64,000 nt of DNA from assembly GCA_028534125.1 (NCBI GenBank), contig CM052817.1, positions 48,796,001 through 48,860,000 on the forward strand. Direction: 5' to 3'. This DNA is from Lama glama. Its lineage: Eukaryota. The notes beneath the pieces were generated by a model that worked only from the letters and a program-made list of their open reading frames with translations, did no database searches and had not been told where the DNA came from. Both the position numbers and the translations under genes were made by a program. Within the stretch, counting starts at the first letter, position 1. Each line of letters starts with the position of its first letter. This document shows, piece after piece, positions 1 to 13,500 of this stretch.

Positions 1-488
<488 letters not shown>

Positions 489-3400
489 TCAGAGGTCTTT
501 CCCTGGGCCCAGTGGTATCCCTAGGCAGGAGAGTGGTGGTGTTCATTATAGTGACTGAAGCGTGGGTCATCATGGTGATTGTTGCATCAACCACAGGGCT
601 GACAGCACTGGCTCTCCCTGAGGTTGTTTCTGTGCTCTGCCCCAGTTACGAGTATTGATATTAGATGAAAAGACTATACAGCCCTCTCTGATTATGAAAT
701 CAACATTCACAGATGAATATTTCAATTGCAAGGAATTTGCGATTTACCATGTGTCTTTTAATAAGGGATGTGCCTTCCAAAGTGTAGCTAGTGTCACTTG
801 AAACAGACATAGCAAAGTCTGTCGGGTACTTTGTGGGTTTAGTGTCAACACGAGAAACTCCAGGAGCCACAGATTATCAGCATCAGCTTCAGGTTGCCTG
901 CATCTCAAGTAAGTAACAGAGTTTTTTCGAGATGAAGCGTCCTCTCTTGAGATTCACGCTATTTAAATGTCTAAAACAAATTAATGGCATTTTGACAGTG
1001 AATGTAGCTGCAGAAAGTAATTAGATAGCAGAGACTTCAGTTCTGTTCTTCAGAGAGAGAATTCTCACTTTTTCAGTAGGGACAATAAAAAATAAAGTTA
1101 CTGGCTTGTTAGAGTCTTGGCAGTTTTCTCCTTCATGATAATTCTTACTTTTTCTTGAATTAACTTGAGTAACAGTGAGATTGTCAGGTTTTGTAGGTTT
1201 AATTTTTTTTTTTAGGAATGTTTTTCTGTAGAGACCTGTTATTTTAACACCCCCAAAAATTTTTGGCAGGGGGTTGACATTATATGCCAGAATTAACCCA
1301 GAGGCAAAACCAGCTTGTGGAATAATTGTATTAGACTTAAGAATTAATGCTCCGTTTTAGACGGATTATTTTCTATAATGATGTCAGTCATTTTACTTTG
1401 TTATCATCCTCAAGCGTTAGCTAATTGGATGAAAAGGGTTTGTAGTTTGTTGTTAATCTTTTCGCAGTGTCATTAGAAGAAAGAGAATTTTCAGACTCAG
1501 ACACAGCTAAATCTGAAAAAGGGCCGCAGCAGCAGAGTAGCAGTTTCTATCTCAAGGGCAAATGCTTCTTCTTAATTAGATCAGGACTCAAGCTAACCTC
1601 AAAATTAACAATGTTTTTTCTTAGTTGATTGGTCTGGAATAGATATATCACCACTCTAGAAATATCGGATAAGTTTTAAGATGGACATTTTTCATTTTAA
1701 AGATATGTTTTTGCTTCAAGTGGATGTCACTATTGAGAGCTCAAATGTCTTTTTAATATAGGAAGTGCTGTCATTATCCGGCACAGGGAAGGAAGTCTCA
1801 AGTTAATGACTGGCACAGGTTTTTTTTTTTGTTTGTTTGTTTTTTTAAATTTCTAAGTAGAAATACTCTCAGTTCCAGTGGCAGTAAAGAAAATCACAGG
1901 GTAATGCAATTTCTTTGTGTTGGATATCTTAATGGGAAGTTTTTAACCTCTGCTTTTTTCTTTCTCGTCATTTGGTGTTTATGAAGCTTAATTCAGGATA
2001 AAGCATGCTATAAACAGAAGACTTGGTATTTTTAGGGGGGGATTTTTTTGTGTGTGTGCATGAAAAGGGAAAAATATGGAAGTTAGGTGTATAACCACTA
2101 GAAGTTATCTTGGAATACTTGGTATTTGTAATGTTGAATAGAGTGAAAACAAGGAGCAAAATATTCATTTTTATGAGCACTGAATCCCCAGTTAGAAATG
2201 TCAGGTAAAATTATGATGTCACCTTCATAGATAATAATTGTCAAATTAATTTCAAAGATTACTTCTGTGGTCACATCAACTCTACTTCTACTATGGCTGT
2301 GAGGTAGAATCACAATGATTGTAGCATAATAAGTCTTTTCTCTCCTATGGAGAATAACTTTATGATTATATGTGTTTTTTGCACTATTGACCTCGAAAAA
2401 GGACACCAGAGTGAGAGTGTGTGTCACCCATCAAAGTGCAGGAAGCATATGGAGAAAATCCTGGTAGGACTGCTGGATTTTAGCAGTCTTGAGGATGGAA
2501 CTGGAGTCATCTGCTGTAGGGAATATAGTATACTCTTACTTGACCAATAGACCATTACGATCAAAGATTTATCTGACTTAAGGACAGGGAATCAGATTGT
2601 ATAAATAAATTTCATTTTGTATGAAGAGTGTTTTCCCCCATTGTTTTAGTGTCTATCACACTAATGTGAACATTTGTCTTTTCTCAGAAAAGTATCAATT
2701 TATTATCTATAGACAGGTCAGGGTATATATCTTCCTTATTTTGGCAGCTGTAGCAAGTTTGGTTGGGTAACATTTTTATTTTTTATTTGCTTTAAATTTT
2801 GAGGTGTTTGGCTTGGTAATTATGCCTCCTTTTAGGTGGCAAGTTTTTCAAGTCCGTGACACAAATCTTGCTTTCTTTTCTTTCTCCCTTTTTCTCTCTC
2901 TTTCTTTCATGAAAAGTGAAAACTGCTAACAAAAGAGAGAGATTTTGCAGTAAGCCCTCAGGAAAGTCATTTGGCACATTTATGATTTTTAGGAATACAT
3001 GACTAGGAAAAATCCTCACATATATAGACTTTAAAATGCTGATGTCATCGTGGTGTCTACCATTCAGACTTTCTTTATATTGAGAATATCTTGAGATTTA
3101 TTAGAAGTGTCATGTGCAAGTTTAAAAGAATCAACTGAGACAAATGATGTCTCCTATTTTATGTCTTCCAGAATTCCCATTTTAGAAATATCTTCAGATT
3201 TTATAAATTTATTGGAGAAAATAGAGTTCTTAACCTTAATTGAAGTTATAATCATTACTTGAATGCAGTTACTGAAGAAGTTTCAGATTCAATATCTTCA
3301 TTCACAAAAGAATTCTCACCTTCAGAAACAGTAAAGGAAGTGAGAGGAGCAATTGCATTTGGAGATTTGATTATGTCAATGTCCACATTTTGTTCCCTTC

Positions 3401-4832
3401 CCCTCCATTGATTGGAGTGTTTGGTGCTTGAGTAAGGAAATTGTAATTGAAGGATGGGTTGGCCTGTGGGGTTACTGTTTCTTTGTTTTCAAGGAAGATG
3501 GTATTTCCATTAGGAGCAGTTGTGACTCTTATGTTTGCTTTGTTGTTTGCAGGTTCTTCAAGGGTGTCCTTTGGGGTAATTGTTTCTATCTGTGGCCAAG
3601 GGATATCAGTCCTAAAGAAAGTATCTACTTCAACCTCTTGTTAGCCTGTAGTGCAATAGAAATTGCTCCAAATTTAGGTAATTGTTTTTCTATTTCAACA
3701 ATGGACTCAGATGTAGCATTTGTACTTTCTGAAGTTTGAAATTCAGTGTCTTGTTGCTCTGAGATTGGCTATTTTAAATTTCAACTAAGAATTTCCTTTT
3801 ACCATGGAAACAGTCTCCATGTGAGATGTAGATTTTTCACCAGTAGGAATAATGGTAATTACTTCTGTGAGCAAGTTTGAGTTCCCAGCCATGAAATGGG
3901 TTCCCTGAGGAATAGATCCACCTGGGAGGGAAGCCTTGGGTATGTGAAAGCTTGAGTAGGCTGCTACAGGAGCTCTGTCATAATCCTTATTGACTGATTT
4001 ATTATCAGTAATGACATCTTTATTCACAAGATAAGGCTTTATGTCAACATCTTTTAGATCCCATCTGGATACCTGGGTCATTTTCTTTTATTATATTTAC
4101 ATCTGTAAGGTGATTTACTTCAAATTCTGTAGCCGTGTCTTTCATTGCAGTGGCTTTGGTTATTTCCTTCACATAACAGAAATTTTATTTACTACAGTCA
4201 TTAAGGCAAAGGCATAAAAAACTTGGTGGTGATTACTCCTTTGAATTCTGAATTTTGATCACTAAACTCATCAATATAAAAAATTTTGTCCTTGGCAACA
4301 ATAGTAGCAGATGTCTGAGGTGTGACATCTGCCATGTCGTCTATAGAACCAGTGGAATCAGCTTGGAGAACAATGTAGACCAAGGGGAGAACCTTCTGGA
4401 CCATTTGACTTTTCGTATTTTGCCCTTCTGAGACAATGCCTTCATTAAAGTCAGCCGAGTCTGCAGACGCAGGGTCTAATGCCTCTGATATTAGCACTGT
4501 GGGTAATATAAATTTACAACTTACAAGTCCTGAGGTCTGCAGTTTCTATAGTAGGAGCATTAGAAGGTAGGTTGAGAGTTTCAGTAATTCCTCAGATGTA
4601 AGTCTTAGAGACATGACACTCTCTGATGATGGAAATCTATAATGGCCAATTTTTTGGTCACTAGTAGAGATAGCAGGAGCATTTGGCATATTGGTGGATA
4701 TCTTTTTCAAAGGATGAAAGAAAGTAAGAGCTGTGTTGATTGTACCTTTTGTGTTTTCATTCACACTGGAGATGTCACTACTGGAATGCTGAGCTAAAGG
4801 AAACTTATTAAACCTTGAATCAGATACCGCAG

Positions 4833-7283
4833 CTATACCTGTTCACCTTCAGTAAAATCAGATACTCTGGATGTGGTAGTGTCTACTCTCCTGGGTGTAA
4901 ATGTCTTAAAAATGGGAGGGGATATGTTTTTCCTGAAGAAATGATCACTGTTTTTTAAAGTGTTATTAGTATCAGTGAATGTCCTGTTGTCAACTACCAG
5001 TTTTGTGTCTGGAAAAAGGGAATAATCAATTATTTTATTTCCTAAGTTAAAGCCTTCAGAGAGAATTATGGTATCACCATCACCATTTATAGTGCTTTTC
5101 CCCACAGATGTTTTGTCAGAAAAACTAGAAGAAAAACTTTTACTTGCATCAATTAGGAAATGAGCTGTGGGTCTGTTGGTATTGACATTGTCATTTGAAT
5201 CTTTGATAGCAATGACAACAGTGTCAAAGTTCTTGTTTTCCTGTCTAGGAATCACAGCCTGGTAACTTTCTTTAGCTTTGAACTCTGGGGATGCCGCTTT
5301 AGATAGATGGTTTAAAGCAGCAACTGTGGTATATGGTGCACGAGACGCACGTGTCTCAGGGGCATATATGAATGTACTTGTTTTTATAAGGGGACTTTTT
5401 GCTTTATCCTCGAATTCAAACGCATGCTTATCTGGGACATACTCAGAACCACAATCATTAGACATAATATTTATATAGTCCACATATGCTGGAGTGATTT
5501 TGCCTGCAGACAAAACGACACTTTCTGAAATGTCTTCTGTTAAATAAATGATTTCATATTCAGCAGCTGAATTTCTGTCTATAAAATCTTTGTGCTTAAA
5601 TATATTCCCTTTAAAAGTACTTGCTGTATCTTTTTCAGAGGTAATGGTATTAGGCAAAATGATAACTTTATTAGGTGGAAAAATTATTTCATCAGGTGCA
5701 ATGTTATAATCAGTCATTCTTATGGTGTCTTCTCCCATAGTAAGAACAGGAACAAGTTCAGAATATTTGGACGTTCCTAGGGATGTTGCAAAAGAAGGAG
5801 GAAAAGTTGACCCATATTGTAGGCCACCTAATTCAGCTGGAGTGTTTGTGATGGATCCTTCTGTGTTAGTAACTTTATCATGAGAGGCAGGCCTAGATGC
5901 TTCTGGAAGAGAAACGGCTAAAAAGATTTTTTTAAAATTAGGAGGTGTTTGAGCTTTGAAGGAAGTAGCGTAGACGTTAACAATGGAAGAATTATCCACA
6001 TTGTTGTTGCTCTTGGAGATAGGATTGGGCTCAGTTGCTGATGAAAGGAGTTTCCCCACAGCTGGGATGAGAGCTGTTGCATTTATAAAGTGACTTAATT
6101 CAGATTCAGCCGCTGGATCTTCTTGATCAAAGAGATTAGCTATTTCCCTTCTCTCGTGGACACTGTTTTGAGAGTCTTTTAGGGGGGAAAAGGCCTTCAT
6201 CATTGCCCTTTGAGACTTGGAAAATTTTTTGTCAGCCTTAGTTTTATAATTTTCAGGAATATCTCTATTCAGAGAGAAAAGTGAATCAATTTCACCATCT
6301 GTGGACAGACCTGAAAAAATAGGTGGTTCAGTTAGAAGACCATTCCAGGCCAATGGATAGGAATGGATGTGAGCTGGCATTTCTATGACCTGCCTCTCTG
6401 GAGTATCCCCTTCATTAATGGCGTCAGCATATTCAGTTGCTCTCTCTAACATTTCTAACCTAGGTGTTAAAGATTCAGACAAGGAGTTATCTGTCATTAG
6501 GCCAGAAGTTTCAGTATTCTCATTTAAGGAATTAGGAATAAACATGGCAGATGTTAGTAGAGATGAGAATCTTCTAGACTGAACATTACCTTCTCCAGGT
6601 AACATAGAATCACCTCCTCTGTAAGTACCTTCAGTGGAAAGAACAATGGAGTCTGCCACAGTGCTAGCCTCCTTATTCGTAGTTGAGGAATAGACTGAAG
6701 CTCTGTTGTTTGCTTCCTCAGTATTTGTATTGATGAACGGGAGATCATCATCAGGAACGACACTGAATTCAGCCAGAGAAATATTGTTCTGCGAGTGGGG
6801 CATATCTGCCAAGTTTGATTTATGTTTATTTGCATCAAATCTGAATGATATGGTGGTTTTTGCTCCATCCAATGCAGCATTATTATACAAAACAGATGAG
6901 ACACCTTTTCTGTTGAACTGGTCTTTATAGTCTACAGGATTGGTGATCACTGCAGGATCAATAGAATTAGTTGTGCATACTCTGCTCTCTTCTATTCTTG
7001 TCACTAGTCCTGGGTCTGGAACAAATGGATACTCCATTATTTTGCCTTTAGGGAGAATGATGATGGTGTTATCACTGATTGGAGGACTATTTTCTATAAA
7101 TGTTTCATCTAGAAGCATAGGTGAAAAAGTCCAGCTTGAATCAGTTAGAGAATAAATCATGGACCTGGGAGCCTTAGTATTAAAATTGGCAATAGAACTT
7201 TTGACAACAGTAGGATCATTATCAGAATTAGGAATTTCTTCTTTGGGGGAACTTTTGGTGGTTTTTGTTAGTTTTGATATCAA
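4833..7283 (-). pseudogene. Longest intact segment (816 codons) of pseudogene A's giant exon
   Basis: From the ORF track. Ser/Thr/Asn/Asp/Glu-rich, contains more than one full copy of the ~680-aa internal repeat, and is entered by frameshift from ORF 7228-7734. Confidence 0.8.
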
Positions 7284-10200
7284 TCAGAGATCCTTGGGAT
7301 AAATGTTTGGAGACTGCAGCGCTGGCATAGGGTTCATGAGACTCAGGTACATTGGAGTCATTGATAAGTATGGGCCTTCCTGTAAGGGGACCATTTCCTT
7401 CCTTCATTAGTTGAATGATACAGTTATCTGCAGCATATTCAAGGGCATTGTCAACAGGTATAATAGTTACTATATCCTCATTATTTGGAATATTTTCAAC
7501 TGCCAAAAGGGTGTCATGTGCCTCTTCTGAAATGCTTTCTGTAAAAGGAACTACTTCTATGGGTGTATCTTTCTCTATAAAAGTCTCTTCTTCAAATTTA
7601 TTGTTATCAATTGTGTTTTTCATGCCTTTTGATGAAATAATTGTAGTTGGGGGAATAATGGCTTTGACAGATGGAGTATTTCTTTCTCCACGTAAAGTAT
7701 TAGTATTAGTCTTTGTTATGATGTCTTTTTTCATTTTGACAGCTGGATCAAGTTTGTAATACTTAGACGGACTTGTGAATGCTGTGAAATCAGAAGAAAG
7801 AGGGGTCGATTTCCATAATGGTAGACTATATGTTCCAGTAGGAGTGTTTGTAATGGTTCCTTCTCCAGTAGTGACCTCATGAGAAGAGCTTTGATCATTA
7901 GACGCAGATGCTTCTGGAAGTGTTAATATGGAATCAAATGAAGAGATTCCTTTTAAATTGGAGTGTGCTTGAGATTTAGTAGAGTAGCATCAAATTTAAC
8001 AGGGAAAGAATTCTCTTTCAATATATGTGCATCTTTTGGAAAAAAATTGCCTGCTTCAGAAATATTGACTTCCTCTTCCACATTGTTGTCACTCTTGGAC
8101 AGAGTATTAGACTCATTTGCTAACGAAAGTGTTTTCTCCCCAGCTGGACTGAGAGCAGTTGCGTTTGTAATGTGACTTAAATTAAATTTAATAGTTGGAT
8201 CTTCTTGATCAGAAAAATTAGCTATTTTTTCTTCTCCATAGACTTTATATGGAGAAACTTTTATAGGAGAAAAGGCTTTCATGATTGTTCTGTGAGGTTC
8301 AAAATATATTTTATCTGTCTTAATTTTAGAAATGTCAGTAGTTTCTCTGCTTAACGAGGGCAGTGAATCAAACTCATTATTTGTGGGATTGTCTGCAAAA
8401 GTAATGGGACCAATGGGAGTTCTAGCTGAGATGGAGTAAGGCTTGAGATCAGTTTTATTTGTAATGGGATCATCACCATCCTTAGTAGAATTAAGGAATT
8501 CAGTCATCGTCTCAAACATATTTGACCATGCAATTGAAGAATTAGCCAAGGAGTTATCTGTCACTGGGTCAGAGTTTTCAAGATTTGCAGCTGAGGCAAT
8601 GAACATGGGCTTTTATGGGATTTGTGGAGCTAGGAATCCTCTAAACCTAATATTACCTTCTGGAACCATGGAATCACCTCTGTCATAACTACTCTCAGTG
8701 GAAAGAGTAGTGGTATCACCCACCGTGTAGCCTGTGTTCATAGGTGAGAAAGGTATTGAAACTTTGTTGTTTAAATTTTCAGTGTCTTCACTGATAAAAG
8801 AAAGCTGACCATCAGGGATGCCACTGAAATCAGCCAGAGGGATAATGCTGTCCCATGAGTGTGGCATCTCTGCCATTTTAGTTTTGCCTTTAACATTGTC
8901 CACTCTGGGTAATAAAATGTTTACTGCTTTACCTTGAGCATCATTGTTATAAGTAGCAGATGAAGTGATTTTACTGTAGAATTGATTCTTAGTTTTTAAT
9001 GGAGAGGTGATCACCATGGGAGCAATGGGTTCATCTTGGAACATCCTTCCCTCAACCATGGTTACTGTTGTTCCTACATCTGGAACAAGGATATAGTCCA
9101 TCCTTTTGTCTTCAGGAAAAATCATGATGGTGTTATTTTCTTCTAGAGTATCCCTTTTCAGAGTTGTTTTATCTAGAAACTTGTGAAAGTTCTCACTTGT
9201 GTGAGTTGGTGGGTAAGTCATGGATCTGGGACCCTTAGAATTCAAATTGTCAGTGGAACTTTTGAGAGCAGTAGCATCAAGGTCAGAACTGATATATTCT
9301 CTAGATATCAAGTTTTGCAGCATTTCTTTAGTTTTGATTTCTGTTGGGGCCCCTTGAAATAAATGTTTATATGCATTACCACTGGAGTAGAATGGATGGG
9401 ACCCAACTGTTTTGGCGCCATACATGAGAGCAGTTTTTTTAATAGTGGAATTGTTTTTCTCTTCCTGTGGTTGAAGGATGTATTCATTTGTAACATACTT
9501 AAAAGCTGTGTCATCATTCACAATGTTTATTACATTTTTGTTATTTGGAATATTTTCACCATTTAAAGTAATGTCTGAAGTGTTTTCTGCAATAAGAACT
9601 ATTTCATATTCAGTGTTTATATCTTTCCCAAAATTTCTTTGTCTAAATCTTTTATTAAAAATAGTGTTCAACATGTCTTTTGTTGAAATATTGGTACTAG
9701 GTGCAATGATGTTTTTGTGAGACAGATACTTTCTCTCCTCAAATGGAATATTATTAGTCTTTGTTGCAAGATCTTTTTTCATTGTGACAACTGGGTCAGG
9801 TTCAGAATATTTAGATGAACTCACAGAATTTGTAGACCCAAAAGGAGAAAGAGTTGATTTCCACAGCAGCTCAGAGGATCCAGTGAGAACATTATGAAGA
9901 GAACCTGTAGAACCTGTCTCTTCACCGGGAAGAGCAGAGTTTTTATCCTTAGACTCTGAGTCTTTTCTAGAGACATGGTTGACTCAGTCAAAAGTATTCT
10001 TTTTAAACTAGGAGGAGCTTGAGGCACAGCAGAAATATTAAATTTACCAACAAAAGAATTGTCTTTTAATGTCCTTGAATCTCCTGAAACAAAATTGCCT
10101 GCTTCAACAATGAGTTCCTCCTCCTTGTTATTATTGCTCTTGGAGAGAGAACTGAGCTCAGGGGTTGAGGGAAGTGTTTTCTCTGAAGTTGGAATGAAAA

Positions 10201-13200
10201 CTGTTGCATTTATAATATGACTTACATTGAATTTAGCATCGGTGTCTTCCTCAGCAGAGAGCTTGGCTGTTTTCCTTATTTCAGAAGGGAAAAGGCTCAT
10301 TTGCCTAGGTGAAAGGACTTTCATTGTTGTATCCAGAGGTTGAACATCTGTCTTAATTTTAGAATTGTTAACAATTTCTCTGTCCACAACGGATGGTGAA
10401 TCAGCGTCATCATTTGTGGAGTTCCTGGTAAAAATTATTGAATGAATAGAGGGAATAATTGAGTCCAAGGAGTGGGGCTGAAGGTCTGTTTGAATTTTAA
10501 TGTCCTGATTTTCTGAAATATCAGTTCCATGAATAAGATCAAGGTATTCAGTCATTGTCTCTGGTACTAATGGTACTAACTTTGAGGAGTCAGTCAAGGA
10601 ATTGTCACTCATTAGAACAGAATCCTCAGTTAAGACTTGGGATGTGAGAATGATATTTTCAGTTGTTAGTGGAAATGGGGATTCTCTAGCCATAACATTT
10701 TCACTAGGTTGCATAGGATCACCCCATTCGTAACTGTTCTCAGGGGAAAGAGCAATGGTATCAGCCATATTGTGAGTTGATTTCATAGGTAAAAAAGAAA
10801 CTGAAGCCCTGTTTTCTTTATTCACAGAATCTTCATCAACAAGAGGAAGTTCATTATCAAGGTTGACACTGAATGTAACTAAAGGAGCAGTGGCATCCTG
10901 TGAATGGTAACTCTCTTCCTTGAAAGTTTTGTCTTGATTTTATTCCGACGTGGGTGACATAGTGGGTACCCTCTGGTCATAAAGAGTAGTGAATGAACCG
11001 TATCCCCTGTAGAGCTGATCTTTGTTTATTATTGGTTTTGTGCTGCTGATGAGATCAGTGACTACATCTGGGAACATCCTGCTTTCTCCCAGTTTCCACT
11101 GATTTTGGGCCTGGAGCATTGATATGCTTAACACTTTTGCCTTCTGGAAGATTGGTAATAATCTCATTTTCACTTAGGGTGCCGCTTGCTGGAGATAAAT
11201 CATCTAGAAATTTGGGGGAATTTTTTCTGTTTCCATTGGTTAGGGAGTGAGTTGTGGTTCTAGGTAACTTACTTCTGAACTTGGTGGTATAATCTTTGAG
11301 AAAGGAACCGATATTATCAGAATCAGAGTTTCCTTTTCTGGAGATCAGTGTTTGGTGGTTTTCTTTAGTTTTGAGTTCTACAGGATTTTCATTCAGTAGA
11401 CTTTCAGTGACAGGTGTAGGGAAGGGAGCATGAGATGTAAATCTATGGAGCCTTTGAACAAAGGTAGGTGTTTTTGTTGTGGGGCTCTTTCCTTCTCCAA
11501 CATAAAAGGAATTTTCCTCTGATGAATATTTCAAGAGTACTGTCATCAGGCTCAATGGTCAGTAGATTCATATTATTTGGATTGTTTTCCTCTGCCAGTA
11601 AAACCACATCTGATTCTGCTGAAAAGTCTTTTTTAAGAGGAGTTACTTCATATGGAGTTACATTATCTTTTTCAGGAGAATCTATGTATCTTTTTCCATT
11701 TATAATGTTCCTTTTGTCATCAGTAAATATAATATTGTCAGATGAAATGATTTCTTTTTAGGTAGAACAGTTATATCTTTAGATATAATAGACTCATCGG
11801 TCATTTTTATGTTGCTCTCTCCAGTAATAAGCGCTGGATCAAGTTCAGAATTATTGATTTTAATAACATTAGCAACAAAATCAGTAAAAGGAAGAGTTGG
11901 TTTCTGGGGTAGATGATATAACTTGCTGTAAGAATTTGTGACAGACCTCTCTAAGTTACCATTATCAAGAGAAGATGAGCCTCTAGCCTTGGCCTTTGTC
12001 AGCTTTGTTGTGCTTATTGTGGAATCAGGATAAAATGTTTCTTTAAAAGTTCCAGGTACCTTCTGTTCAGCAGGAGTAACATCAGTTTTAAGAATAAAAG
12101 GATTAATGTTTGCTGAATTTACCTCTCTTAAATTCACTGGAATTTTGGCTTCAGAAATACAGGACTTTTCCTCTACAATAGCCTTATCTTTACTGAACAA
12201 TTCATTAACCTCTCTTCCTGAGATAGTGATTTCTTTTGCAGATGGACTGTTAACTGCTTTATTTACATGATGACTCACAGCATTGTCAGAAGTTTTATTT
12301 ATCTGCCCCTTTTCTGGGATTATGGGTTGAAGGGCTATGTTAGGTGAAAAGGCTATGGTGTCAGCTTTCTCATTAATGCTCCCATTTTCAGTGGTAGGCA
12401 TGCCAGTGAGTATATTTATAGAATTCTCTGAAAAAGTAATAGGATTTTCCAGAGGAACAGAGGAGACCATGGAGAAGAGCTGAGGGTCACTTTGCACCTT
12501 GATGATTTTCCAGTTTTGGTCCCTGATAATAGAGTGTTCACCCAGCAGCTCTGATGCCTCTACTGTCACAGATTTATTTGATAAAGAATCGTCTTCACTA
12601 AGAACAACTGCAGTTCTAGGTCTTTTCTGATTGGGAATTAATAGAGATTTTAATTTTATGGACAGAACACCATCTGCCTCAGGCATGGTGGAGTCATCAT
12701 TTTTACTGTTTTCCTTAGAGTCAAAGGCAGAGACATTAAGTGAAATGGTGGTGGCATTTATTGTCTTTTTGGTGGTATTAATAGGACTAAGAGAAGCTAC
12801 CGAGGCTGTTTTGATTATACCCTTAGTAACGTCACCACCAGAAGAGATATTCTCAGGTTGGGAAGCAATATCATGAGCCAAGGTGTTAATGTAATCTTCC
12901 GAAGGTTCCACTTCAGCTAAGTCCATTTTATTTTCATTGACTTTTGAGTTTTTTGATGTGGTGGTGTCTGCCAATTCTGGAGCAGATGTGTTACCAACAT
13001 TGGATGAAATGCCTTTCTTGTAGAAATGGCCTTGACTTTTTATGGATGTGGTGGTCACAGCATGATCAGTGGGGATGGTGCCAAATGTTCTGCTGTCTCC
13101 CATGGTAACAGTTGTTTCTGTGTGTGGTAAAAAGAGATACTTGATTTTTTTATTTCCCAAATCAGAATCTTCAGGGAGAACGACGATGTCATCATCTTCA

Positions 13201-13500
13201 TGTAGAGTGCCTTTTTCCGCAGATGATCTTTTTAGAAACTCAGGGTGAACAGTCTCAGCTGTATCAATTAAGGAGGGTGCCATGGTTTTCAGATGCTGAG
13301 TGTTGAAGATTTTGGAGTAATCTTTGAAAGAAGTGTCAACAATATTAGAGTCAATATTTTCTTCTTTGAGAATGGTGTTTTGGTATCTGTCTTTAGTTTC
13401 AAACTCAGGGTGAATTATTCTATACAGAAGATTCTTTGAGGCCTCATCTTTAGAGGATGGTGTTTGAGATACAAATCCATTTGGTCCTCATGTAAATTGA
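4850..13500 (-). repeat. Ancient internal tandem repeat of pseudogene A, period ~2.0-2.06 kb, at least 4 diverged copies
   Basis: Recurrent peptide anchors. GDSMLP / GDSMVP / GDPMQP / DSTMP at ~6600, ~8668, ~10715, ~12685. SKYSEL / SKYYKLDP / SKYSEPDP / NNSELDP at ~5760, ~7750, ~9805, ~11840. PRSMIY / PRSMTY / PRTTTH at ~7165, ~9225, ~11260. DQEDP..LSH at ~6120 and ~8200, EEDTD..VSH at ~10245. Confidence 0.85.
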
